NCBI GenBank assembly: GCA_951406725.2
Contig: OX597832.1
Coordinates: 52,824,001 to 52,888,000, forward strand
Reading direction: 5' to 3'
DNA: 64,000 bases
DNA from: Octopus vulgaris
Lineage: Eukaryota
Shown here: in pieces, positions 12,234 through 25,514 of the stretch
How positions within the stretch are numbered: position 1 is the first letter of the stretch
Layout of the letters: each line of letters starts with the position of its first letter
The notes under the pieces: generated by a model
The model's input: the letters and a program-made list of their open reading frames with translations, nothing else
What the model was told of the DNA's origin: nothing
The model's database searches: none
Translations under genes and position numbers: made by a program

Positions 12234-12945
12234 TTAACCCTTTTGATACCAACTCACCTGAAACCACCTCTGGCTCTAGTACAAATGTCTTGTTTTCAAA
12301 AGTTCTGAATTACAATTTTCCACCAAACCTTAGACACAATTTATGTTCCTAACACTAGTTTAATGATAACTAAGTTATTTTACTAAATTCTTTGTTATAT
12401 TTAAAATTAATTGAAAGAAACACAGAGCATCTCAACAGAAATATGGTAACAAAAGGGTTAAAAAATATAATAGAGAAACAATTCTTAACCCTTTCGATAC
12501 CAACCTGGCTGAAACCACCACAGGCTCTGTAGTACAAATGTCTTGTTTTCAAAAGTTATGAATTAAAATCTTTCAGAAAACCTTTGTCACAATATATGTT
12601 CCTAACACTAGTTTAATGATAAAGTTCTTTTACTAAATTCTTTGTTATATTTAAAATTAATTGAAAGAAACACAGAGCATCTCAACAGAGATATGGTAAC
12701 AAAAGGGTTAAAAAATATAATAGAGAAACAATTCTTAACCCTTTTGATACCAACCCGGCTGAAACCACCACTGGCTCTAGTACAAATGTCTTGTTTTCAA
12801 AAGTTCTGAATTACAATCTTCCACCAAACCTTAGACACAATTTATGTTCCTAACACTACCTTAATGATAATTAAATTCTTTGTTATATCTAAAATTAATT
12901 CAAAGAAACACAGGGCATCTCAACAGAAATTTGGTAACAGTAAAG
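12234..12945. mobile_element. Three tandem copies of a piggyBac-type MITE with an identical spacer
   Basis: ttaacccttt(t)gataccaac...ggtaacaaaagggttaa units starting at ~12234, 12485 and 12735, separated twice by aaaatataatagagaaacaattc. Same family at ~16630-16855, ~30815-31025 and ~38953-39583. Confidence 0.85.
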
Positions 12946-13269
12946 CTTGTATTACAATCAAGCTTCCTAACAGGTGGTTTTCTGGTGGTTTAGGTAATCT
13001 ACACTATTACACTGTGTGGTATAGCTAAGCTGGCATCACCATCATTTTAATTCCCACTTTTTCATGCTTGCATAGGTTGGACAGAATTTGTCGAGGAAGG
13101 TTTTCTAAAGGGGGATGCCCATGCTATCTGCCAAGCCTCACCTGTTTTCAGGTAAGGTAATATTTCCACCTGACCAAACATATTTTCAAGGAAGTCTGGA
13201 AACAGAGAACACCACTTGCATGACAGTGACACTTGCTTACAACTATCACACCATATCAAAGCAAGGAGA

Positions 13270-13447
13270 CAGTGAGTGGCTTTGTGGTAAGAAGCTTGCT
13301 TCTCAATCACATGGTTCCAAGTTCAGTCCCAGCGCATGGCATCTTGGGCAAGTGTCTTCTTCTATAGCCTCAGGCTGACCAAAGCCTTGTGAGTGGATTT
13401 GGTAGATGAAAACTGAAAGAAGCCAGTCGTGTGTGTGTGTATGTATG

Positions 13448-13480
<33 letters not shown>

Positions 13481-13685
13481 TTGTTATTTGTGTCTGTCCC
13501 CCCCACCATCGCTTGACAACCGATGTTGGTGTATTTATGCCCCTGTCATTTAGTGGTTTGGTGAAAAAAAGACTGATAGAATAAGTACTAGGCTTACAAA
13601 GAATAAGTCCTGGGGTGGATTTGTTCGACTAAAGGTAGTGCTCCAGCATGGCTGCAGTCAAACGACTGAAACAATTAAAAGAATA
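13270..13685 (+). mobile_element. SINE family A copy, followed by fragments in both orientations to ~13966
   Basis: Matches the family A head, body and tail seen elsewhere in the window. Confidence 0.8.
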
Positions 13686-15574
13686 ATAGAATATATTTAT
13701 ATATTTAGCGGTTTGGCAAAAGAGACCGATAGAATAAGTACTGGGCTTACAAAAGAATAAGTCCCGGCCGCAGTCAAATGACTGAAACAAGTAAAAGAGT
13801 ATACATATACACACACAACTTCTTTCAGTTTCTGTCTACCAAATCCACTCACAAAGCTTTGGTTGGTCCAGGGCTTACAGTAGAAGACACTTGCCCATGG
13901 TGTCATGCAGTGGGATTGAACCCAAAACCATATGGTTGTGAAGGAAACGTCTTGCCACACAGCCATGTAATTAAAAATGAAACCAACAATAATGGTTGAA
14001 TGTAAAGAAAATAACTTGGCTTCTATGAATTAAGCAAACAAAACTCTAACATTTTCAAATTACTGAGCTATGATGAAATGAAATGACAGCCAAGAAACTG
14101 CATCTTTAATTTATCTTGACTGTTGTACATCATTATACGTTATAATATATATTTGATTGTTTTGATCTTGTTTAATTCTAGCTCTCTGACAGACATACAA
14201 GTCTATAAATTTCTCATCTGACAGTTTTTCAAATAAATAATTGCATTTTTGTTTACCATTCCAAATGAGTGTTCTTTAAGTCTTACTTGAAATGTCTAAT
14301 TAAAAAAAAAAAAAACGTTAACCAAATGGGTTGGTTTTAACAATAGGGTTAAAAACTATGTAATGGCATGTGACCAAGTGGTTGACAGGCTCATAACTGA
14401 AAGGTCATGGGATCAAATGGCAGATGAGTCAGCACATTATGTCCTTGAGCAAAGTACTTTATTTTTCAGCTCAGGTGATAATGAGAACCAACTGACTATT
14501 AATGCAGTTCTCTCACTATTACATATAAGTAGTGCTTATATGTAATATTAATACATAAGCACTATTTATGTATATTACTATTACAAAAGTATTATTAGAC
14601 CTTTCAATACTAATTAGGACTTTAGTATTTCCTATTATAACTTCAAATATATATTTTTTTAAATCAAACCTAATCTTCCCATTTTTGAAATTTTACAGCT
14701 CCTAAACATACTCTGTAATAATGGCTTCAAATTTTGGTACAAGGCCAGCAATTTCGGGGGATAGAGTCACAAAAGTCTGGTGCAGACTTCGGCCTGGCCA
14801 GCTATTTTGGTACCATCCTACTCATGCTAGCATGGAACATGGACATTAAATGATAATGATGATGATGAGTGTAAGCTGATTACATTGACTTCCAGTGCTC
14901 CATTGTACTTATTATATCAAACTCCAAAAGGATGGAAGGCACAGTCAACCTTGGCAGAATTTGAACTCAGAATGGAAAGACAGACAAAGTGTCACTAAGC
15001 ATTTTGCCCAGCACGCTAACGATTCTGCCAGCTTTCCGCCTTAAACATCATCATCATTGTTTAACGTCCGCTTTCCATGCTAGCATGGGTTGGACGGTTC
15101 AACTGGGGTCTGGGAAGCCAGAAGGCTGCACCAGGCCCAGTCTGATCAGGCAGTGTTTCTACGGCTGGATGCCCTTCCTAACGCCAACCACTCCGTGAAT
15201 GTAGTGGGTGCTTTTTATGTGCCACCGGCACGGAGGCCAGGCCAGGCTGGCAATAGCCACGATCAGATGGTGCTTTTTACATATTCTGTAATAATAACTA
15301 GATCATTGATACATCCATACATTGTGATGGATATCCAAAGATCAGTAGAATCACATCAAGTAATAAAAAGAAGAGTAGAGAGTTGGGTTAGATCCTTGGT
15401 GAACAAATTCATATCAACTAAGCATTAGTCTGATTGTAGCAATCTCAGGCCTAATCTGTTCAGTTTTCAGTCATTCATCAACATTTTGCATCCTCAATAC
15501 CCCTCAAAGTATGCAGCCTAGTCAAATGAAAAACAGAGCTGTCCTCAAAGCCTTTTCTTCATATTTGAAATATA

Positions 15575-16227
15575 TTGGGTTGGTGCATAATTATTGCGGC
15601 TTTTTTTCAACAAATTTTATAGGCATAGGAGTGGCTGTGTGGTAAGTAGCTTGCTTATCAACCACATGGTTCCAGGTTCAGTCCTACTGTGTGACACCTT
15701 GGGCAAGTGTCTTCTACTATAGCCTCTGGCCGACCAAAGCCTTGTGAGTGGATTTCGTAGACAGAAACTGAAAGAAGCTTGTTGTATATATGTATATATA
15801 TATATATGTATGTGTGTGTGTATTTGTTTGTGTGTCTGTGTTTGTCCCTCCCAACATTGACAACCGATGGTGTGTTTACGTCCCCGTAACTTAGCCACTC
15901 AGCAAAAGAGACCGATAGAATAAGTACTAGGCTTACAAAGAATAGGTCCTGGGGTCGATTTGCTTGACTAAAGGCAGTGCTCCAGCATGGCCACAGTGAG
16001 CTGACTGAAACAAGTAAAAGAGTAACAAAAACAGTAGCAATATTTAACAAAAACAACTTTAAACGATGGTCTCACCGTCTGCCAATCAAATGGGAAGCAG
16101 TAATTGAAGTAGATGGTGAATATGCTCCAGAATAATCATTTAAAGATGTTTTTGTTACATGCTGTTATTGTTTTGGTTGAATAAAATTTGTTGAAAAAAA
16201 GCCGCAAAAAATTATGCCCCAACCCAA
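15575..16227 (+). mobile_element. Mariner deletion derivative with TA target duplication, containing a nested SINE A (15621-16025)
   Basis: TIRs ttgggttggtgcataattattgcggcttttt / aaaaagccgcaaaaaattatgccccaacccaa, TA on both sides; remnant transposase C-terminus FKRWSHRLPIKWEAVIEVDGEYAPE* at ~16058-16135. Confidence 0.85.
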
Positions 16228-16889
16228 TAATTTATGCCATCTCATATGGATACAAATCTAAACTGTATCATCTGTCTGTTTCTTATTGAATATTTGCGGT
16301 GTCTTTGAGATGCTAATATTTTAAAGTGTTGAAGCTGATGAGCAGGTAGGATGTTAGCATGCCAGGCAAAATGCTTAGCGGCATTTCATCCGTCTTTATG
16401 TTCTAAGTTCAAATTCCACTGAGGCTGACTTTGGCTTTTATCCTTTCAAAGTTGATAAAATAAGTACCAGGTGAACACTGAGGGTCGATGTAATTGGTTT
16501 ACTCCCTCCAAAATTGCTGGCCTTGTGCCAAAATTTGAAATCAATATTTCATGGGTTTTGTGAGCTTGTACATGACTGGATCTATTTAAGAAGAAATAGT
16601 AAGCTTTTTCATTGAAAATTAGGGGCTTTTACCCTTTTGTTGCCATATTTCTGTTGAAAACTATTGCCTTTGTTTCAACTAATTTTGGAAACAAAGTTTG
16701 TAATTTTGTAAAAATCATCATCATTAAGCTGGTGTTTGGGAATAAATTAACATGATGTTTCGATGGCAGATTTAATTTGAAGTCACATTAAATCAGGAAG
16801 TTTGCATCATAAAACCAAAGGCAGCCTCAAGCAGTTTGGTATCAAAAGGGTTAAACATAACACTTTTTATGGTTCTTTCTTCCTTAAAC

Positions 16890-17135
16890 ATGGAAGCACA
16901 TGGCTTAGTGGTTAGGATGTAGGACTCATGATCATAACATTGTGGTTTCGATTCCTAGACTGGGTGATGCATTGTGTTCTTGAGCAAAACCCTTCGTTCC
17001 ATGCTGCTCCAGTCCACTCAGCTGGCAAAAATGAGTAATCCTGCAATGGACCAGTGTCCCATCGAGGTGGAGAATATAGACGCCACAGAAACCTGGAAAC
17101 TGACCCTGTGAGTCTATATGACTTGGGAAAGGTCT
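16890..17135 (+). mobile_element. CORE-type tRNA SINE (related copies ~3355-3530, 27692-27993, 46500-46750, 47290-47622, 54062-54295)
   Basis: tRNA-like head tggcttagtggttagg...gtttcgattcc followed by tgtgttcttgagcaaaac...ccactcagct...aaatgagta, resembling the CORE domain. Confidence 0.7.
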
Positions 17136-17467
17136 CATCCTTTATCATATTCTTCCTAAAAAGCTCTTCTACAGTGTCCATCTCTATACAAACCCCGATG
17201 AGAATATTATCAGAGCTTGGTGAATGTGCTGATTCAACCACCTTATCTTCCAGTTTCGTTTTCTATCTTTTATCTTGACTTTGTTCCACAAAACTTGGTC
17301 ACTTCTCTTTGTACTCCATCCCATAAATGATCAGCCATGCCTGATTTTTCTGTCTCCCAATAAATTATGGCTTTATGATATTCCGTTATCCTTACTTGGC
17401 GAGCTGGCAGAAACGTTTGCAGGCTGGGCGAAATGCTTAGCGGAATTTCGTCTGTCATTACGTCATA

Positions 17468-17880
17468 AGCGCAATAGTGACTGTGTGATAAGTAGCTTGC
17501 TTACCAACCACATGGTTCCGGGTACAGTCCCACTGCATGGCACCTTGGGCAAGTGTCTTCTACTATAGCCTCAGGCCGACCAAAGCCTTGTGAGTGGATT
17601 TGGTAGACGGAAACTGAGAGAAGCCTGTCGTATATATGTATATATATATATGTATGTGTGTATCTATGTTTGTGTGTCTGTGTTTGTCCCCACAACATTG
17701 CTTGACAACCGATGCTGGTGTGTTTACGTCCCTGTAACTTAGCGGCTCGGCAAAAAGAAACCGATAGAATAAGTACTAGGCTTACAAAGAATAAGTCCTG
17801 GGGTCAATTTGCTCGACTAAATGTGGTACTCCAGCATGGCCGCAGTCAAATGACTGAAATAAGTAAAAGAGTAAAAGAAT
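17468..17880 (+). mobile_element. SINE family A full-length copy
   Basis: Continuous match to the family from head to gtaaaagagtaaaaga tail. Confidence 0.88.
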
Positions 17881-17984
17881 CACATAGGCATCCCATAAAA
17901 TATCATTTTATGTTTATTTTCAACTTGAAAAGGTTTATTATTTTTATTAATTGACATTTTTATGTTTCAGGTTCCATATGTGAC

Positions 17985-18960
17985 TGTTTAATGGTGCCAT
18001 GTACAAAAGAAGCCTTGGAACAGTCTGAATTTCAAAGAGGCCGTATTATGAGTCATTCTGAAGGTGGACTTAGCGTAAAATCGCAGAAAACTTGAGATCC
18101 CACTTTCTTCAGTTGATAGAGTGATTATGCAATTCACCAGAGAGGAGAAGGAGTCCACATCATCTTGCCCAGGTCGATCAGGTCCCTCTGAGAGGACCCT
18201 TTGCTTTGTTAAGAGAAGTGTGAGGATAATCCTTGTTGCAAGACCTCTGACACGGCAGAACAAGATGATGTCAGTCTCAGAACATCTGTCAGGTATCCCC
18301 ACAAACTTGGCTACTATGGCAGAGCATGAAGGAAGCCACTTCTTCGACTAGTCAATATCAAGTGGAGAAAAGATTGGGCCAATGAGATGGTGGTGAGGCC
18401 ATTAGCATTTTGAGACACTATCATATTCTCTGACGAGTCCAGATTTGCTGTACTTTCTGACAGTGTTCGAGTGTGGGTCTGGAAACTCTGTGATCAAGAA
18501 TTTCATGTGAAACATTGTAGACCACAACGAAATACAGCAGTTATTCTGTGATGGTCTGGGGAGCAATTCGGAGCAATGGTTGATCAGATCTCGTGAATTG
18601 TGGGGGAAACATAAATGTAGTAAATATGTGTCCATATTTCAGAAAGGATTCCTAATCTTCTCTATTGGTGAAATAATTAAAGAAGACTCTCTATTTATGG
18701 CTAAAGACCCAAGAATGGTTGGAAGAGAATGGCTTTAAAAAGCTTCCATGGCTAAACCAGTCACCAGATATGAACCCTATTAAACACCTCTGGAGCATAA
18801 TGGACAGGACACTTTGTAAGAAGGACAAGAAAACATCCTCCAAGCCAGATCTTTTGAGATTACTGCATGAAACTTGGTAAGAAATTCCTCATCTGATCAG
18901 TAGTATGCCTAATAGGGCCCTTGCAGTGAAAAATGTAAAGAGTATGTCTGCTAGGTATTA
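17985..18960 (+). pseudogene. Degenerate Tc1-family transposase remnant
   Basis: Fragments IFSDESRF (~18423), VMVWGAI (~18548) and LPWLNQSPDMNPIKHLWS (~18743) are Tc1 DDE-domain motifs; broken by frameshifts and stops. Confidence 0.8.
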
Positions 18961-19304
18961 GATATTCACATCATAATAATTAATAATCTGAATGTATAAT
19001 TTTAGATTTAAATAAATTTTAATGATTATAAGGGTGTTTATTTCTTATTTCTTTATTGTCCACAAGGGGTTAAACATAGATGGGACAAACAAGGATAGAC
19101 AAAGGGATTAAGTTGATTACATCGACCCCAGTGCATAACTAGTACTTAATTTATCGACCCTGAAAGGATAAACGGCAAAGTCAACCTCGGCAGAATTTGA
19201 ACTCAGAACGTAATGGCAGGGGAAATACCGCTAAGCATTTCACCCGGCGTGCTAACGTTTCTGTCAGTTTATGGTCTATTTATTTCTGTCATGTCTGTGT
19301 ATAA

Positions 19305-19528
19305 ATATAGTAACCCCCTTGCCATATCACGGTTCACCTATCACAGTGTACTATTTAAGCTTACATTGATTCGTCTGTGGTGTCATTTTGCATTTATAAT
19401 AAAATAAATGTATACAAATTATAAAAGTAAAAAAAAATATATACAGTACAATGCTGTTTCTGCTTTGCAAATTTTCACACATCATAGGGGTTTTAGAATG
19501 TAACACCCACAATAAGTCAAGGGATTAC

Positions 19529-19530
<2 letters not shown>
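19305..19530. mobile_element. Tigger/pogo-like MITE
   Basis: Ends tagtaacccccttg...caagggattactgt are imperfect inverted repeats; ~225 bp and non-coding. Confidence 0.5.
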
Positions 19531-19604
<74 letters not shown>

Positions 19605-19606
<2 letters not shown>

Positions 19607-19805
19607 TTCAAAATGTGACCGCGTGTGTACCATTGGCAATTTTTTCCCTCTGTCTTCCCTTCTCTGGATCTTTCCTTCCCCTATTTTTCCGATGAAGAGC
19701 TCCGCTCGAAACGTTAAACCCTCCTTCTTTCCTGAGCATCCAATAATACTATATTTGTTCCACATCTTCGCGTTGTCGTGTTTTTTTGTGCTTTCTTGTT
19801 TGGAT

Positions 19806-19810
<5 letters not shown>
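19605..19810 (+). mobile_element. ~200-bp Penelope-like repeat with a minimal hammerhead core (19686-19718), embedded between (TA)n tracts
   Basis: ttt-CCGATGA-A-GAGC-tcc-GCTC-GAAAC-GT-T-aaa: stem I ttt/aaa, stem II GAGC/GCTC, palindromic ACGT in place of stem III. Confidence 0.6.
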
Positions 19811-19849
<39 letters not shown>

Positions 19850-20869
19850 CGTAGGAGTGGCTGTGTGGTAAGTAGCTTCCTTACTGACCATGTTTATCAC
19901 CCTTATTTTCTATATTAATCATCATCATTATCATTTAACATCCCTGTTCCATGATGGCGTGGGTTAGACGGATTGACAGGATCCAACAGGCCTAAGCACT
20001 GAAATTCTGCACCAATGTCTACTTCAGCATGATTTCACGGGTGGATTCCCTTCCTAATACAACCACTTTACACCATGTACTGTGTGCTTTATATTTTGTG
20101 CCACCAACACCAGTGAGGTTGCCATGCAGCTTGCAAAATGACAAACCCTAAGAGAAGTAACTTTATGCAAGGAGGTGAGAGAAGAGGCCAGAGCAGGACA
20201 GGTTCCTTGCTGTGGAGGGACCCAGATGGTTACTCACATTTTAGAAGACGATAGGGGTGGAGTGGAGAAAAGATTAAAAATAGCGATAATGAGGCATCTG
20301 TGGGACCTTCAAAGTTGGAAGTGAATAGAAGTGAATGGGGACAGAAGAGCAGAGAGTGTGAGTGGATAGAGGATGCAAGAATGTATGAGATTGAGAGATA
20401 GGGAATAGGTGAGGAGGTGAATATAAGAAAGGAGGAACAAGTGTTGGGTGATAAGTAGGGGGTGAGGAAGAGCAGGTGACAACTGTTGAGATTGAATAGG
20501 GTTGAATGGTGGATAAGAGGTGGGGGTGTAGAGTAACAGAATAGCAATAGTAGTACAGTAGACAGGGGAAAGGTGAGAGAGAGAGATGATGGTTGGGTAA
20601 TTTGCAGGGGGCGGGGCGGATTTATGGTGGGAGAGGTGAAATGATTTAGTGACTCAGGGGAAAAGAGCAGTGTAAAAATGTGGATGGTGAGAAAAGTATT
20701 GAGGAAGAGGAATGGATACCAAGTGAAATAGTTCTGAGTTGTGAGAAAGATTAATGGTATGAAAGAAAAACTGCAGTTAGAGAGATGATGGGTGATGGGG
20801 GTTTCTTGAGAAGGAATTTGGACAAAGGACCTAGTTGTGCATAAACACACACACACACAAATGCAGCAC

Positions 20870-21410
20870 TTCAAGAACTTAGTTTCAATGAGTTGGGCAG
20901 GTCTTCTCAAGAACCATGCATCACCAGTTATCCTGGTACCTTGTCATCTCCTCTAAGAGGCTCCAGGTCCTGAGAGCACCCATCATCACTTCAATTCCAG
21001 TCTTCTCAGGTCTCCCTCTTCTGCAAGCTCCATCTACATTAAATGATCAGCTCCTCTTTATGTAGCTGTCCTCATCCAAATGCATTACATGGTCTTAGCA
21101 GTGCAGTTTCCTTTCTTGCACACTACATTCGATTCCTCCTCGTGCATAATTTTCTCTCAGCACATTTGTATGATGTCGTTCATGCGTGCTTACTTTGCAC
21201 ATCCAACAGAGCATGCTTGCTTCATTTCCTTCAAGTCTTTGCAAGTCATCTGCAATCAGGGTCTGGGTCTCATTATCATGCAGCATCAGTGCTCCCACAC
21301 AAGCATCATACACTCTGCCCTTAGCTCCAAGGAAAGGGACCTTTGTTGTCAGCAGTGGTAGAAGCTCCCTGAAATTTTTCAAACCTGTTTTTATGCTGAC
21401 TACTATAAGT
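20870..21410 (-). pseudogene. RTE-clade LINE ORF C-terminal remnant
   Basis: FRELLPLLTTK...KGRVYDACV..LMLH..ET...DLQRLE.NEASML.WMCKVS is typical of RTE ORF C-termini; a shorter related fragment lies at ~63000-63130. Confidence 0.75.
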
Positions 21411-24400
21411 ATCACCCAACATACAATTGCTGAAAGAATGGTCACAAACGGTAAAATAAGTTTAAAAGTAAATGTTCTATTAATGCATATTTAACACATT
21501 AACCATCACAAGTACCACTGGTAGTTCATCACCAACTTCACACAACTACCACATGTACCACCAGTGGTACATTTTCATAATTTGAGAAAATATTTTATTC
21601 TGTATCTTTGACAAGCTTTTGAGGATATTTAAATAACTTGAGTGCCAAATATTGATGTTTAATTATGAAATACTGTGAAAAGGCCAAAAAATTACATTTC
21701 CTTGTAATTAAACAGTATGCAGTGTAAATGAACAAAATACGTGGTGTTACCAGTAAGTACTAGTAACAGGCTGTGGTGGTTAACATGTTAAGCAGTATGA
21801 TTTTGAGTTATGGAACAATTCCTCAGTTAGTCCAAAATTCTGAGTATATCTGTTTTGAGTTATCAGGACAAATATCATTCAGTAACAATGTCTTATAATA
21901 CAGCAGTCCAGTTTGGTATCAAGGCAGATGACATTATGAACTACAACAAACTAGATTTTAGATCTAAAGCAGGAAAAACAAATCTGTGATTCTTGAGGAC
22001 TAACAGAGTATATTATCTCATGTGGATCAAATAAACAATTGGCCAGCCTCGCCTGGCCTCCGTGCCGGTGGCACATAAAAAGCACCATCCAATCGTGGCC
22101 ATTTACCAGCCTCGTCTGGCACGTAAAAAGCACCCACTACACTCATGGAGTGGTTGGCATTAGGAAGGGCATCCAGCCGTAGAAACATTGCCAGATCAGA
22201 CTGGGCCTGGTGCAGCCTTCTGGCTTCCCAGACCCCAGTTGAACCGTCCAATCCATGCCAGCATAGAAAGCGGATGCTAAACGATGATGATGATGATGAT
22301 GATAGCAAACAAAATAACGAATCAATCCCTGATGCTATGAATATTTCAGACTCCGTAACAAACAGCCACAAAATAGCTGAGCTAGGATTTGAAACCAAAT
22401 TCACAATTTTCCATGGTCAACTGTTTTAACCTTTTTGCACTCAGAGATTAATGGGAATGTGTTGACCTTTTGATCTTTTGAGGTATTCATCAGTCAAGTC
22501 TGATTAAGGATGAAGAACTCTATCGCTTTAGCTGACCTAATTCAGTTATCAGCAAATTATAAAATTTTAAACCAAATAGTTTTCAGCCTCTTTGGTTGCT
22601 GTCTCTGATCAATGAGGCATTCCCAGTACCAATGGAGAGGAAAGGGACAAGATGCTGCATATACCCTCCACTTCACAATACAACCCTTTCTCTTTCCATC
22701 TCTCTGGTAGACACAGAGTTGAAACTAACAACTATCAAACACAACTGATCCAAAGACAGATATTTTACTGCATCTACAAACAACATGTATACAAACAACT
22801 CGATGAGGTTGTGCATTTTATATACTGTAACAACAATAATTATATAATAAATAAAAGGTAATTTTAATAAGAAATTAAATATTGTTCTTCAAGCATTTAC
22901 ACAAAAGATCTTTGTCAATATAACTGCAAAACTTCTCTGTTACAATTGGAAATCATTATAATCGTTATAACTATCTATAAAGATTATTGCAACTATTACT
23001 GGATACAGCTTTAAATAATGGAAGGAATTAAAGGAGATGTAATGCAATTCTATTGCATGAGCTTTGCGTTTGCAAGGGACTGCATCTATTAATGGAGTTG
23101 GAGAGTGTTGCAATGTATTGCCATATTTCTTCTAGCTTTCTGGACTCTGAATTCAGATCCCACTGAAGTCAACTTTGCTTTTCATCCTTTCGGGGTCAAT
23201 AATTAAAGAACCAATCCAATGGCAGTGGTTCAACAGAATTTGTAGAGCATCAGATAAGACACGTAATACTACCTGCTTCTGGTTCATTATCTTGATGACA
23301 ATTCCTGCAGTGACACTGGTGCCAAGCTGTACCAGTCCTTGTTTTTCATAATGAATCTTGTCCAATTTTGTACCATGGACAGGAACTTTTCTAGGTATAG
23401 ATCCCATGAACCGAGGAGGAATTTCTTCACGTGTTCGATAAAACAATTGACAAAACCTCATTTGGATAAATACTGTAGTTGGATAAACATTGTACAACAA
23501 GACAACATCAAATGATACTTTAAAATATTTAACAAGACATTTTCTTCCCTAATTCTTTTTGGAACATATTTCTCCCTGCATCCAGAAATCTCTTATGCAT
23601 TAAATATTAATATTAAACACTAACTGTTAAAGCCACCTCAATTTCTTTATCAGTCTTTATTTTTATGACCATACTCTTTTGGTGTAGATATTTCACAAGT
23701 ATTTTGTCTTATTTAATAAATATTCCAATGAGCTAGTTGTTATAAATAATCGTGGGAGGTTATAAAGATTGTTGAAAACCCAAATCAGTGTGTCATCGTT
23801 TTGAGTTCTAACTACGCCAGAGCTCAATCGGTTTTTCACTCCCTGAAGATCGTCCAAACACCTAAATACGCAACAGATAATACTTTATTTTTTTTTTACG
23901 ATGGCTACTTAATAAGTAGTCTTTCGTTGGCATAAATATAATCATTACACGTTGTACTTTTCCACTTCAAGGATAAGAAATTTGCTGCAGGGAGCATGCG
24001 GAAACTAAAACAGACAAGGAACAGATAGATATATTGATGAAATGGTGTGCTTAGCACCTCGAGAGTTAAAAAACGATACGTCTTTCTTTATCGGCCTCAA
24101 TTCAAGAATAGAGCAAAATATAAACCATTTGAATTTTGCGCCTTAAAATTTCACCTGATTATTTTTAAAGAGCTTTGTGATGAATTGTAAACAGCAGAAT
24201 GCCATAATTAAAATGTGTTGTAGCAAAGATATTTGAAATAAACATTAAACCTCTAGGTGAAGGCTACAGGGGAATAAGGAGAGAAGAAATACTATTTATA
24301 ATTAACCTCGTAGGATTTCCTCTAATGACGTAGAGGGAAGAAATATATCAGAGGTGATAATGAACGGTAGAAGCTAGAAACAGCAAGGACGACTGCGAGT

Positions 24401-25464
24401 CAGTGGTCATGTGTATTTATTTAGTTCAATAACCTGTTAGAGGATCATTAATTAAACTATCAATATAACAGAAAGAACAGATTTCTCACCACCACACTGA
24501 GTATGTATAGAGTCAATAATAATAATAATAATAATAATAAATAATAGTTTAAACGAAACTATGCCGTTTATTTGCTGTATTGCATCTCATCCCAATAAAA
24601 ATAGTGATTTGATGCGCATTTTAAAATTATGAATCATAAACTTCAATGCAATGCTATTATCTTTGTGATTTGTGTATGTACACTTCCAATGTTTTGACTT
24701 TCTCTCAATGTTACTTTAAAGTATATATATATTGCCTAACTGACCCCTATTGCACAATATATAGATCAAGGACCGTTATTGTGTAATTCTTGTTACATTA
24801 TATATTCTGTAGAGAACATTAACCTGCGTAGAAAAACAAAAGATAATTATTTGTATTTTAAGTATGAATATTTCCTAAGCTATATGTATTAATTAGACAT
24901 AGTTCTGTTATGTTGTGAAGCCTATGAATTCCCTCAAAATAATATTCTAACAAACAACGCAAATTCCTAAAGCCTTTGTTTAGATGGTTTGAGAAATAAA
25001 TAATGGAAAGATTTGGTGCCGACGCATTCATAATAATGAAAGGGTGTTCAGACAACTGTAATAATTAAATCCGTTTTTATCAATGACAACATTAAACAGG
25101 GGGGTGAACTGTAATAAAAAATTATTGATTGTACAAGAAAACTGCAGAAAAATAAAGAATATATCAGGAAGACCAGCGGTTCGAGTGAAGTTGTTATCGT
25201 TAATTTATCAGCATCAAAGGTAAATTTAGATAAAGAAGCATGATTTACATAAAAGCTATACATGGTTTAGATAAAAAAAAAAATACATGGTGTAGATAAA
25301 TAATGCATGACTGGGATAAAAAATAAATCGTTACGAGTCGGTTATCAGAGATTTGACAATTTGACTGTCATCTTCGTTTTGTCATTGACTGTCACAGACA
25401 TTGGAGACAACAAAAAGGTAATTTAATACGAGCGAAAAGTAAAGATTAGCAAGTAATTTTGTAC

Positions 25465-25514
25465 CTTAGAGTTCGCTGCGAAAGTGGCCATATCTTTGTT
25501 AGAAAGGAACTCAT
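25465..25514 (-). CDS. ME: Putative proximal first coding exon of malic enzyme, encoding the start of a mitochondrial targeting peptide (MSSFLTKIWPLSQRTLR)
   Basis: Minus strand gataccATG AGT TCC TTT CTA ACA AAG ATA TGG CCA CTT TCG CAG CGA ACT CTA AG|gtacaa. The phase-2 donor matches the 7710 acceptor; the peptide is Ser/Thr/Leu/Arg/Lys-rich with no acidic residue; it lies in unique, CpG-retaining sequence. Confidence 0.7.

Noticed and set aside
20230-20910. 226-aa Leu/Ser/Phe/Pro-rich ORF
   Set aside because: Reverse complement of a GA-rich low-complexity tract beside an RTE LINE tail; a compositional artefact.
23153-23500. 115-aa minus-strand ORF that looks protein-like, with a possible cag|gtagta donor
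   Set aside because: The DNA matches degenerate SINE pieces (cactggtgccaagctgta, ttttctaggt...cccatg, ttttcatcctttcggggtc) and has no malic enzyme similarity.
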